From positions 3,168,001 through 3,232,000 of the forward strand of contig OZ242358.1 in the NCBI GenBank assembly GCA_965208835.1: a stretch of 64,000 nucleotides of DNA. The letters run 5' to 3'. The position numbers were made by a program, and so were the translations under genes. Under the pieces are notes generated by a model. It made no database searches, was not told where the DNA came from, and worked only from the letters and a program-made list of their open reading frames with translations. Position 1 is the stretch's first letter; each line of letters starts with the position of its first letter. Shown here one piece after another: positions 55,733-64,000 of this stretch. This DNA comes from Candidatus Latescibacterota bacterium (GTDB lineage: Bacteria > Latescibacterota > UBA2968 > GCA-2709665).

Positions 55733-56068
55733 CTATCGGCGCACGTCGGTTAGTATTTCCTCAATGGAATCGACGAGCCGTTGTTTGGGTACGGCGCCGA
55801 CCATGCGGTCCACGACGCTTCCGTCCTTGAAGAGCAGGAGCGTTGGCAGGCTCTGTATACCGTACCGGACTGCTGACGAATGGGAAGTGTCGAAATCCAT
55901 TTTCCCGACTTTCAGCCGCCCGGCGTATTCGACGGCCAGTTCCTTGACAATTGGGGCGATGAGCCGGCAAGGGCCGCACCAGTTCGCGCCGATGTCGACG
56001 AGCACGGGCCGATCAGAGGATATGACTTCGGTATCAAAGGTCGCATCCGTAAAATTAGCGGGCGTCAC
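55733..56068 (-). CDS. trxA: Thioredoxin
   Basis: PVLVD-GANWCGPCR, YGIQSLPTLLLFKDG, VGA. Confidence 0.92.
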   Translation of the reverse strand: MTPANFTDATFDTEVISSDRPVLVDIGANWCGPCRLIAPIVKELAVEYAGRLKVGKMDFDTSHSSAVRYGIQSLPTLLLFKDGSVVDRMVGAVPKQRLVDSIEEILTDVRR

Positions 56069-56085
56069 TGATCTAACCTCCCTGT

Positions 56086-56325
56086 TTATAGTGATTTAAC
56101 CACAGGATCGAGCCGCGAAAAGGCAGGGAAGAAGAATTCCGGTTCGATGGACCGGACCCTGCCGAGATCGCACATCAGGCCGATATGCTTCGCGTTGGGG
56201 GAGATCCTGCCGGTCTCCCAACGGGCAATGGTGGACTGGGGAACAGCGAGAATCTCTCCGAACTGCTGCTGGGTCATCCCGACGGCTTGCCTAAACTCCC
56301 TGATCCGCAGCCAGTCGAACGGCAT
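56086..56325 (-). CDS. XRE/Cro-type HTH transcriptional regulator
   Basis: IREFRQAVGMTQQQFGEIL-V-QSTIARWETG--SP. GGAGG RBS. Confidence 0.85.
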   Translation of the reverse strand: MPFDWLRIREFRQAVGMTQQQFGEILAVPQSTIARWETGRISPNAKHIGLMCDLGRVRSIEPEFFFPAFSRLDPVVKSL

Positions 56326-56353
56326 AGGAACCTCCGGAGATTATATCATATTT

Positions 56354-56388
56354 GCTATAAATATAGCGGATCGCAGGAATGCTGTCAA
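56354..56388 (-). promoter_or_regulatory. Sigma70 promoter with a palindromic operator over the -10 box
   Basis: Minus strand TTGACA-N17-TATATT; palindrome GCTATA-AA-TATAGC at 56354-56367. Confidence 0.7.
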
Positions 56389-56533
56389 GGACGATATTGT
56401 TCCTGGCATATCCATCGATACGAATTTGGAGGCGCTGAAGGGGGTATCGCGGGTACCGCTGGTCGGTGTTGTATCAGGGGCACGGCGGACGCGAGCGTGG
56501 ACTTCGGGCACGGATGATCCGTTCGCGTCTAAC

Positions 56534-57559
56534 TTATGCGGCCTTTTCGAGTCCTGCTTTCAACGTTGAATGACATGCGTTCCATCGGTCCAATTCTTCG
56601 CGAACCTCTTCATCATCCCGCATGCCGACCCAGCACGTGACCCCGTGAATGAACATCAGCATGCGTTCGTTTGCCAAAGCAGCGGATTCCTCCTCTCGCC
56701 ACGGAGGATCGCAGACTTCCCGGTACGCTTCGAGGAACGCCGCTTCCACGCCTTCGTCCACGAGTCGATATCGCGCCGTTTCGCCCCACGGCAAGTCGGA
56801 ATGCGGCGCCAGGTAGTAGGTGGAGACGCATACTTCGAAGACGCGCCGACCTCTAGACGCATGGTTACAGTCGATGAACCTGAGTCGTCCTTCGTTATCG
56901 ATGATCATATTCTGCGGCCCGGTATCCACGTGCAGACCCGTTTCGACCAGGTCCGGACGCGCGCGGTCGATCGCTTTGACGCACCGTTCCGTTTCCGCCA
57001 CGTACTCGATGAATTGGTCGTGATAAGGCTTTCTCCTGGACGACACCCGCATCTTACGGACGTCCTCCACCAGACTGTCGATCGCCCGATGATTCATGCA
57101 GAGACTTTCTTCGTCCGGAAGATCCCGATATTCAATGCCTGCATTGTGAAGCCGGGCAATTTCAGACCCCGCCAGACGCACGTCCGATTCGATTCCCCGC
57201 TTCGGCGGCCTTCCCTCCACAAACGGGAAGACCTCGACTGCCATCCCCCGCTCCGTCACCGAGAAGGTCTTCCCGTCAAACGAACTCAACGGCAGGACGG
57301 TCCGTACGCCATGATCGTTAAGGTGCCTCTGGAATCGATGTACCTGCGACAGACAGCGAACCAATGACAATGAACCCTCTGAGTTCAGCGCGGGAGCGGA
57401 GACCCGCAGGACATACGGATTCCCGGTATTCCCGCACGCGATCCTGACAACGTGGGCGATCCTGCCGCTCATGGCGCGATATCGTCCATCCCAGAGAATC
57501 CCGTACTTGCGTTTGAGCCATTCGGGGTCCGGAAGGGTATCGTCCAGGCTCAAGGCCAT
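56534..57559 (-). CDS. APH/choline kinase-like phosphotransferase
   Basis: YVLRV, FVEG, IARLH, LHVDTGPQNMI, FIDC. Confidence 0.8.
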   Translation of the reverse strand: MALSLDDTLPDPEWLKRKYGILWDGRYRAMSGRIAHVVRIACGNTGNPYVLRVSAPALNSEGSLSLVRCLSQVHRFQRHLNDHGVRTVLPLSSFDGKTFSVTERGMAVEVFPFVEGRPPKRGIESDVRLAGSEIARLHNAGIEYRDLPDEESLCMNHRAIDSLVEDVRKMRVSSRRKPYHDQFIEYVAETERCVKAIDRARPDLVETGLHVDTGPQNMIIDNEGRLRFIDCNHASRGRRVFEVCVSTYYLAPHSDLPWGETARYRLVDEGVEAAFLEAYREVCDPPWREEESAALANERMLMFIHGVTCWVGMRDDEEVREELDRWNACHSTLKAGLEKAA

Positions 57560-57681
57560 ATCATCCTACCTCTACACCAGGGAATACCGTTGCCGCCAGT
57601 CCAATACCAAAGGTATCGACGGCGTGCCCGTTCGTCTTCGACTCCGATGGATCGTATCGTCGAACTGCAGACATCAGGATA

Positions 57682-58422
57682 TCACCCACATTTCAGCTGT
57701 TCGTGAATCCGTCGTTTGCCGAACTCGATAAAGGATTCAGTCTGGTTCTTCAGCAACTCGGCTTCATCGCGCGTGTCCGTATCCCGGTATGACGCGACTG
57801 CCGCGTCGATTAGCGGTTTCCATTCGGGAAACCGGGAACGAGCCCATTTGCCGCTGGAAAACTTCGATACAACGACGTTACGCTCCTGGACACTGAACAT
57901 GATGCGGCACATGTTGAGGACGCAGTAGTCGGGGTATTGAAGGTTCTGCTGGATGAACGTTGACTCGTGTTCGAGAGCATTGGTGATTTCGTCCCACGAC
58001 GGGGCCGGGAAGATGTCCTTCGGCGGCGGACCATAGAGCGTAATGAAACGCTTTGCCCTGATATGCGCGCAATGCAGCGACCATGATTCGTCCCGTATTT
58101 CGGGCTGCATCTGGTGCGCCGGCGGACGCGTTTTCAGGGCGTCTTCGTACAGTATGAAATAGGCATCCAATTCTCCACCCAGTGGCGGAAATCGCTCCGC
58201 AATATCCCTCTGCAGTTGAAGAATTTCGTCTGAAACCCGGTCCCTCAGCGAGTCTTCCAGGATCACATGGCAGTCGATATCCTGTATCGGACCGGAGTCC
58301 GGGAATACGGAGGCGCCGTGCATGTAGATGCCGTGCAGGTTCACATCGAGGATCGTTTCAAGACCGCCAACGAAGGCCTGGCAGACCCTCCTGGCGTCTG
58401 AGGGGAGTTGGTCGAAGTTCAT
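57682..58422 (-). CDS. Aminoglycoside adenylyltransferase-like nucleotidyltransferase (AadA/DUF4111-type)
   Basis: GIYMHGA, DID, LYGP-P--IF, YCVLNMCR, VVSK---GKWA. ATG 58422 abuts MITE copy 3. Confidence 0.78.
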   Translation of the reverse strand: MNFDQLPSDARRVCQAFVGGLETILDVNLHGIYMHGASVFPDSGPIQDIDCHVILEDSLRDRVSDEILQLQRDIAERFPPLGGELDAYFILYEDALKTRPPAHQMQPEIRDESWSLHCAHIRAKRFITLYGPPPKDIFPAPSWDEITNALEHESTFIQQNLQYPDYCVLNMCRIMFSVQERNVVVSKFSSGKWARSRFPEWKPLIDAAVASYRDTDTRDEAELLKNQTESFIEFGKRRIHEQLKCG

Positions 58423-58424
58423 AA

Positions 58425-58586
58425 GAAGCTGTTTTAAAATTACCGGTGAGTTCCCGAGCGCGAGCGAAAAAGTGGCGGGCAAGGCGGGAAAACCCGACCA
58501 TATTTGTCTATACGGGTGGGTTTGACCAACGCTGACCGGCGCTTTTGCAGCCGCGCGAAGACCGCTGGGAATTTTCAGACAGCTTC
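58425..58586. mobile_element. MITE-like element family A, copy 3 (162 bp, inverted)
   Basis: GAAGCTGTTTTAAAA...TTTTCAGACAGCTTC flanked by TAA (58422-58424, 58587-58589). Reverse complement of copies 1 and 2. Confidence 0.85.
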
Positions 58587-58620
58587 TAAGGCGGGATGCG
58601 TCACCTATCGTGTGATGGCG

Positions 58621-59097
58621 TCAGTCGAGCGACGGGGAGATGCTTTTCTTCAAAGTATACCGCACTTCTTCATAGCCGTCCTCTATTGCGACCTCTCCCC
58701 TTCTCCAGCCGAGATGTTCGTAAAACCCCTCGGCGCGGGTGTTTGTTTCTGTCTCCAGCCAGATCTCCTCAGCGCCGTTTTGCCATAACCAGTCAACAGC
58801 TGTCTCCGTCAGCCGTCGCCCGATTCCGCGGCCTTCGTATGCCGGCAGGATGAACAGCGCCCAGATGGACCTCGACTTGACGTTCGCGATACAGAATCCG
58901 ACGATACGTTTGCCGGCTTCCGCCACCCAACACCTGCCCTCGGTCCGCAGCAATTCCGCGGAGCGCTCGGGCGTTATTCCGGACGCTGCCAGCTCTGCCT
59001 CGGTCATCGCGTTTTCGGTCACAGCGGTTCGGATTTCGAACAGCGCGGGTATGTCGGCTGCGATGGCCTTACGGATTTGGATCTGGTCTATGGTCAA
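58621..59097 (-). CDS. GNAT family acetyltransferase
   Basis: IRKA--ADI, WALFILPAYEGRGIGR, AEGFYEHLGW. Confidence 0.9.
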   Translation of the reverse strand: MTIDQIQIRKAIAADIPALFEIRTAVTENAMTEAELAASGITPERSAELLRTEGRCWVAEAGKRIVGFCIANVKSRSIWALFILPAYEGRGIGRRLTETAVDWLWQNGAEEIWLETETNTRAEGFYEHLGWRRGEVAIEDGYEEVRYTLKKSISPSLD

Positions 59098-59141
59098 TTC
59101 ATACGGTCCTTGACTGGTCGACTCCGGAACCCTCTCTGAAT

Positions 59142-59648
59142 TTACGACTTGCCGGGCGGCTCAGATACGATACCTATATTCTTTGGCCCCTTGAACGGGA
59201 ATTCGACGCGTTCAAAGGACACCCCATGGCGGCCGTAGTATGCTTCGATGGCATCGAGCAGTTCGTCCCGCCCCAGTTTTTCCTCAGACCAGAAATTGCA
59301 GCAGGGCACGAGGACTACGGGCCGAGTGAGAGCTGCCTGAGCCACGGGCCGGGTCGCTTCGTCGGCGTGCAATCCAATAATCAGGTCATAGTAGTCAGTC
59401 ATAGAGGCATCGAATTCCACGGGCTGGTTTGGCACGCCCTTGAGCGTCCAGGCGCGAGGATCGACGACCTCGCAGTCGTAATTGTACCGCTTGCGCAGGA
59501 TCCGGGTCAACATGCCCTGCCCGCCGGCAACGTCTGCGAGATAGCGGACCGTTTTTCCAAAGCGCGTATCGATAAATGATGCAAGCACATCAAATCGCTT
59601 TGGATCACCATGAAATCGATGTCGAGAGTTATACTTCATATCCGCCAT
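59142..59648 (-). CDS. Hypothetical protein, methyltransferase-like
   Basis: LADVAGGQG-L, VVDPR, IGLHADEAT, VPCC. Confidence 0.68.
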   Translation of the reverse strand: MADMKYNSRHRFHGDPKRFDVLASFIDTRFGKTVRYLADVAGGQGMLTRILRKRYNYDCEVVDPRAWTLKGVPNQPVEFDASMTDYYDLIIGLHADEATRPVAQAALTRPVVLVPCCNFWSEEKLGRDELLDAIEAYYGRHGVSFERVEFPFKGPKNIGIVSEPPGKS

Positions 59649-59683
59649 TTTCTAATTCATATAACTACTTTAATCACAAAAGG

Positions 59684-60052
59684 TTATTGGTTGTTCTCGG
59701 GTTCACGAATTATGGATGACCTGAAAAATCGCTCCTGAAATTCGGTCAACTCCAGGATCTGTCTATCGGAAAAATCCTTGCCTGAAGGCGCGATAACGAG
59801 CTTGTCGTCATCATCGTCAGATCGCCGAATGACCGCAATGCAGGTGCCAGTAAAGGTCGTGATCGGACTTGAGACACCCAGAATATAGGCGTCCAGCTCT
59901 TCACCGTCAGGCGCCGGCACGCCCGGGAGGAATCCGTAGTTGACGGGATAGACGAACCCCGTGTCAGGGTGCCTGGATCCCAGCGGGCGGTCGACAGAGA
60001 CCCGGACTGTCTTTCCGATAAACGTTCTGGCATCGACGAATTCGCGCGTCAT
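59684..60052 (-). CDS. Short inorganic pyrophosphatase family protein
   Basis: VDRPLGS-HP, YPVNYGF, DGEELDAY, DDDKL. Confidence 0.85.
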   Translation of the reverse strand: MTREFVDARTFIGKTVRVSVDRPLGSRHPDTGFVYPVNYGFLPGVPAPDGEELDAYILGVSSPITTFTGTCIAVIRRSDDDDDKLVIAPSGKDFSDRQILELTEFQERFFRSSIIREPENNQ

Positions 60053-60211
60053 GTTACGACGACCTCCACCGCCTGTTTAAGCTGGGGAGAACACTGGCTC
60101 AGGTTTCATGCTTCGTCGCTCACAGTGCGAATCACCAGGCCGTCCACGAGGCGTGAATGGAGAACCGCGACGGATAATGTAAGTAAAATCGCTAGATCCA
60201 CACCGTACCAA

Positions 60212-60655
60212 TTATTCAAACGATTTCACCATCTGAACGTGCGTATCGTCTTCGTCGACGATCTTGAATCCGAGCCCCTCGTAGAATGCGGTGGCGCGGG
60301 TGTTGATCTTCAGAACCTGAAGCCTTACCGAATTTTTCTGTGCGCCGGCATCCGAGACAATAAGCCGCATACACGCTGACCCGATGCCCTTGCGCTGGTA
60401 TTCTGGAAGGATAAAGATCTGATACACCCTGACCCGATCGGCGGTCGAGGACGTGGAGAAGTAACCGACATCGGTCCCCCGATACTGGATAATATGCACA
60501 TCCTGTGAAGCAAACCGCAATTCATGCAACTCTCGCTGATCGGCGCCGTCCCAGCCCCAGACCTGTTCGACGTATTCCCGGAACGCCGCCTCCTTTACCA
60601 AAAAAGTGAAGTCAACGTCCGCCGAAACCGCCTTGCGTATATCCAATCCTTCCAT
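60212..60655 (-). CDS. GNAT family acetyltransferase
   Basis: VEQVWGWD, IFILPEYQRKGIGS, N-RA--FYEGLGF. Confidence 0.9.
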   Translation of the reverse strand: MEGLDIRKAVSADVDFTFLVKEAAFREYVEQVWGWDGADQRELHELRFASQDVHIIQYRGTDVGYFSTSSTADRVRVYQIFILPEYQRKGIGSACMRLIVSDAGAQKNSVRLQVLKINTRATAFYEGLGFKIVDEDDTHVQMVKSFE

Positions 60656-60705
60656 AGCAAAATCAAATATTTACGGCACGGAATTCAGTTGAAGATGCAG
60701 TGCGG

Positions 60706-61296
60706 TTATCCCCCGCCAATGGTACCCACGTCGTCGACGCTCGGACATACCTCGATCACGCAAAAGTCACGGCGGGACAGGACGACCCACGACGGCAGAC
60801 CCAGCTTCTTCCACAAAGCGAACGGTTCCAGGTCGGAATTGCGGCTGACGAACAGGCTCATCACGGTCCCATGCGTGACGATCGCCAGGTTCTCCCGGCG
60901 AGACCGGTCCAAGACCCCGAATACGGCATTCGCAAACCTGTTGTACGCGCTATCAGCTGTCTCCTCACCGAAAACCTGATCGGCGGGTTGCTCGTAGAAT
61001 TGCCTGATCGATTGCTCGAATCGCTCCTTCTCCATGAAGCCGGCGTTCACGCGCTCATGTTCGTGAAGCCCCTCCACAACTTCCACCGGGACATTCAACG
61101 CGCCGCCAGCGATTTCAGCCGTTTCAATGGCCTTGGGTTCAGCGCTGCTGACGATCAGATCCAGACTATACCGGTCCAATCGCTCACCAAGTATCCGTGC
61201 GCGCCGGCGCCCTTCGTTCGAAAGAACCCATTCCTTCGCGGGGACGGACGGATCGATCTCCGGTAGCGAATGTTTCACGAGAATTAGCGTTTGCAT
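60706..61296 (-). CDS. Histidine phosphatase family protein (KHS variant)
   Basis: LILVKHS, LS-EG, SSAE-KA-ETA, GLHEH, VTHG. Confidence 0.82.
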   Translation of the reverse strand: MQTLILVKHSLPEIDPSVPAKEWVLSNEGRRRARILGERLDRYSLDLIVSSAEPKAIETAEIAGGALNVPVEVVEGLHEHERVNAGFMEKERFEQSIRQFYEQPADQVFGEETADSAYNRFANAVFGVLDRSRRENLAIVTHGTVMSLFVSRNSDLEPFALWKKLGLPSWVVLSRRDFCVIEVCPSVDDVGTIGGG

Positions 61297-61340
61297 AAAG
61301 GCGCGAAACGATTGCCGAATCCCCGTCGTGAGACCTTAAC

Positions 61341-61616
61341 CTACTTGAGGTTCAAAACCAGTTCTTTACCCAATGCCCTGGCCGCTTTTCTCAGCGTTGA
61401 CAGCCGAATGTCTCCGGCACGGTTTTCCAGGCGAGAAATCGCTGTTTTCTTTGTATGCATCAACCTGGCGAGTTGCTCCTGCGTCAAACCGGCTTCCTGT
61501 CGGGCCTGCCGCAGCAAAACGCCGAATTCGAACGCCTTGTACCCTTCCTCGAATCCTTCTGCAAATTTGGGATCTGACTTTTTTCGCTGCGCAATATACT
61601 CTTCGACGTCACCCAT
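61341..61616 (-). CDS. XRE-family HTH antitoxin
   Basis: DPKFAEG, LLRQAR-EAGLTQEQLA---TKKTAISRLEN---DIRLSTL---ALGK. Confidence 0.88.
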   Translation of the reverse strand: MGDVEEYIAQRKKSDPKFAEGFEEGYKAFEFGVLLRQARQEAGLTQEQLARLMHTKKTAISRLENRAGDIRLSTLRKAARALGKELVLNLK

Positions 61617-61657
61617 GATTCCCGCTCCCTGCGATAAAATTCTATGCGCCTCGCCAT
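61617..61657 (-). pseudogene. Probable internally deleted RelE/Gp49-like toxin remnant
   Basis: MARRIEFYR-RERES runs directly into the antitoxin ATG. It resembles joined N- and C-termini of such toxins. Confidence 0.45.
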
Positions 61658-61763
61658 TCCAAAGATAACATATTCGTTAACCTTCGACAACAAAAAAGCC
61701 GCCGAAATCTATTCTGATTTCCGTAGCCGCGTGACGGATCGAGATTCGGCGTCGAAGTCGCAC

Positions 61764-62237
61764 TCATGCGCCTACGACAGCCGGACCCTCCGGCGGTCCG
61801 TTCCGGGTTAAACTCTCAAGGGCGGCGAAAGGGAATAAAGGTCCCAACGTCTCTTCAGACCTGCCGATGTCTTCGATAGACCACCATCGAAACTCGCGGA
61901 AGGCTGAGGCCTCGCCCTGAGCCGGATTCCCGTCCATGACGGGTTCGAACGGGTCCGTCTGAACCAGATAGAAGTACTCGTCCTGGCTGAAGTCGCGGTT
62001 GTCCCACGTGAAGTCAACTCTCCTGGTCCAAACCAGTCGATCCACTGTGAATCTCGTTGCGCCAGTCTCCTCGCCGACCTCCCGGCGAAGCGCGTCCTCG
62101 TCGGACTCACCGGGCTCAAGGCCCCCGCCCGGAGTCACCCAGAACTCATTTCCGGATATGGGCTCCTGCACCCTCATCAGCAGGACCTGACGGTCCGGCG
62201 TCAACATGACCGCACGTACGACTCGTCTTCTGATCAT
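61764..62237 (-). CDS. NUDIX hydrolase
   Basis: WVTPGGGLEPGES---ALRREVGEETG. Confidence 0.9.
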   Translation of the reverse strand: MIRRRVVRAVMLTPDRQVLLMRVQEPISGNEFWVTPGGGLEPGESDEDALRREVGEETGATRFTVDRLVWTRRVDFTWDNRDFSQDEYFYLVQTDPFEPVMDGNPAQGEASAFREFRWWSIEDIGRSEETLGPLFPFAALESLTRNGPPEGPAVVGA

Positions 62238-62491
62238 CGTTCTTCCGTTCTGGCGTGTCTGTTCGTTTCAGTTTCTTACCGCGCTTGTTCGGCTACAAGG
62301 CTTCTTTCCGGTTTTCCGTGTGTGAGGACCTGCGATGCCAATTCGTCGAGGAGCGCACGGATTCGCGCCGCTGCAACGAGATCATTCGTACCGGAGGACA
62401 TCTTCCGGATTCGCGGTCGGGAGTCTGAACAATCGGAAAGTGGTCGATTGTGATACAGTAATGTTCGAAAATGGAAACAGAGCCGTCCGAT

Positions 62492-63169
62492 TCACCCTTC
62501 GTTGGTTTCTACCAGCCGGCCATCGAGGATATTCACAATTCGCCCGGCCTTCCGTGCGATATCCGCTTCGTGTGTGACAAGGATAATCGTGCCGCCATTC
62601 ACGTGCAGCCCATCGAAGATATGCATGATTTCGGTTCCGGTTTTGGAATCCAGATTCCCCGTTGGCTCGTCAGCCAGAATGATGGCCGGGTTATTGACGA
62701 GCGCCCGGGCGATCGCGACTCGCTGGCGTTCTCCGCCCGACAGTTCGATGGGGCGGTGATGCATTCGGTCTGCCAATCCGACTCGCTCAAGTTGCTCCAC
62801 GGCTCGCTCCTTGCGCACCTTTGGAGAAGTAGCGCAGTAAATCAGGGGAAGCGCTACATTTTCGAGGGCGGTTGCGCGGGGCAGCAGGTTGAACGTCTGA
62901 AAAACGAACCCGATTTTGAGATTGCGTGTTTCCGCGAGCCGGTCGTCGTCCAGGTCCGCAACACTCTCCCCGTCCAGGAGATATTCCCCGGTCGTCGGGG
63001 TGTCCAGGCACCCAATGATGTTCATCAGTGTGGATTTCCCCGATCCGGACGGTCCCATGATGGCGATGTATTCCGCGGCTTCGATCTGCAGGCTCACGTT
63101 GTGAAGAACCGGAACGTCGCGGGCGCCCATCCGATAGGACTTGAAGATACGTTTCAGGTCAATAACCAT
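62492..63169 (-). CDS. ABC transporter ATP-binding protein (MacB/LolD-like)
   Basis: [45 protein letters not shown]. Confidence 0.93.
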   Translation of the reverse strand: MVIDLKRIFKSYRMGARDVPVLHNVSLQIEAAEYIAIMGPSGSGKSTLMNIIGCLDTPTTGEYLLDGESVADLDDDRLAETRNLKIGFVFQTFNLLPRATALENVALPLIYCATSPKVRKERAVEQLERVGLADRMHHRPIELSGGERQRVAIARALVNNPAIILADEPTGNLDSKTGTEIMHIFDGLHVNGGTIILVTHEADIARKAGRIVNILDGRLVETNEG

Positions 63170-63186
63170 TGCATCCTGCCCGGATT

Positions 63187-63999
63187 CTAAGGAGATCTAT
63201 CCTCGTCGACGAGACTACGCTCGTTTTCGAAATCGTATAACGTCTGGCGTTTTAAATCAGCCACCGCCAGCTGGTACTGGATGTAGGCGTCCAGATAGGC
63301 CTGGCGGGACTGCGTAAGGTCGTCACGGGTTCGCGTGAGATCCTGTGCCGTGATATTCCCGTTCTCGAATCTGGCGCGGTCGATTTCATAACCGCGCAAC
63401 GCCACGTCTTCGCTTTTTCTGAGGACCTCCAGCCTGTCGCGTGCTTCGCGAATCCTGGCAATCGCACTGCGTATCTGCAGAACGACCCTTTGACGTCCGT
63501 CTTCCAGGTCGAGCACGCGCTGGTCCAACCTTGTCCGTGCCGACGAAACTCTCGCTCTGTTCAGGCGGGAGTCCCAGAGTGGGACGGAAAGTGTGAATTC
63601 CATACCCAGATTACGGGGGCGACGCCGGAGGTCAGTCCAACTGGCATCCAGAAGATCGGTTGTGGACGCGTCGTTTGGAAATGCGTTCGTAAACCCCGTC
63701 CGCTCGTACGAAGCGGAGAATTCTCCTCGGACGTTGCCGTCTGCCCGAGTCTCCCGAAGGTGGATTTCGGCAAGGCGCTGATAAATCTCGCGCTGCCGCA
63801 ACGACGCGCTGTGGCGAATACCGTGTGAAATCGCCCGTTCTTCGTCGATTTCGAAGGTCTTCAGATTCAGATCCGGGCGAACCGTCACGCTGTCGTCCAG
63901 AGACAAACCAAGCGCCAGCTTCAGTTGGTCGGAATGGCGCGCCATGCGGCCCACGGCCTGAAGAAGCTGATTACGGCTCCGGGACAGGGCGACTTCCAT
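63187..63999 (-). CDS. TolC-family outer-membrane efflux protein, 5' end outside the window
   Basis: [32 protein letters not shown] coiled-coil/beta pattern. Confidence 0.85.
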   Translation of the reverse strand: MEVALSRSRNQLLQAVGRMARHSDQLKLALGLSLDDSVTVRPDLNLKTFEIDEERAISHGIRHSASLRQREIYQRLAEIHLRETRADGNVRGEFSASYERTGFTNAFPNDASTTDLLDASWTDLRRRPRNLGMEFTLSVPLWDSRLNRARVSSARTRLDQRVLDLEDGRQRVVLQIRSAIARIREARDRLEVLRKSEDVALRGYEIDRARFENGNITAQDLTRTRDDLTQSRQAYLDAYIQYQLAVADLKRQTLYDFENERSLVDEDRSP

Positions 64000-64000
64000 C

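Noticed and set aside
44530-62491. Integron attC sites in the small-gene array
   Set aside because: I found no paired RYYYAAC/GTTRRRY ends at gene boundaries in the spacers inspected, and no intI.

Overview
A high-GC bacterial chromosomal window with about 65 CDS, mostly on the minus strand. I saw no rRNA, tRNA, CRISPR array, integrase or transposase. Main blocks: (1) 0-10.4 kb, catabolic genes (PhyH dioxygenases, cupin, FGGY kinase, phosphotriesterase, creatininase, DUF1445, DegT aminotransferase, enolase-superfamily protein, Gfo/Idh/MocA oxidoreductase). (2) 10.4-22.2 kb, an N-methylglutamate (methylamine) pathway-like cluster with a glutamate-synthase-like triad, soxBDAG/mgd-like genes, a GS-like gamma-glutamyl ligase and a second amidotransferase + GXGXG pair. 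(3) 22-33 kb, anaerobic sulfatase maturase, GT4, rhamnulokinase, an EndoQ-UvrD fusion ending in a QLSLF clamp motif, and two tandem membrane-anchored Cys-rich paralogs. (4) 33-44.5 kb, toxin-antitoxin modules, two outer-membrane beta-barrels, GH172, sulfite oxidase and MltF. (5) 44.7-62 kb, a co-oriented run of short modifying-enzyme genes. Non-coding structure is rich: three copies of a TTA-targeting MITE, a second long-hairpin repeat family at gene 3' ends, short tandem-repeat tracts, an AT-rich island with nested inverted repeats, and a candidate three-way-junction ncRNA downstream of trxA. Four antitoxins lack an intact toxin. All calls come from motif recognition by eye; no database search was run.
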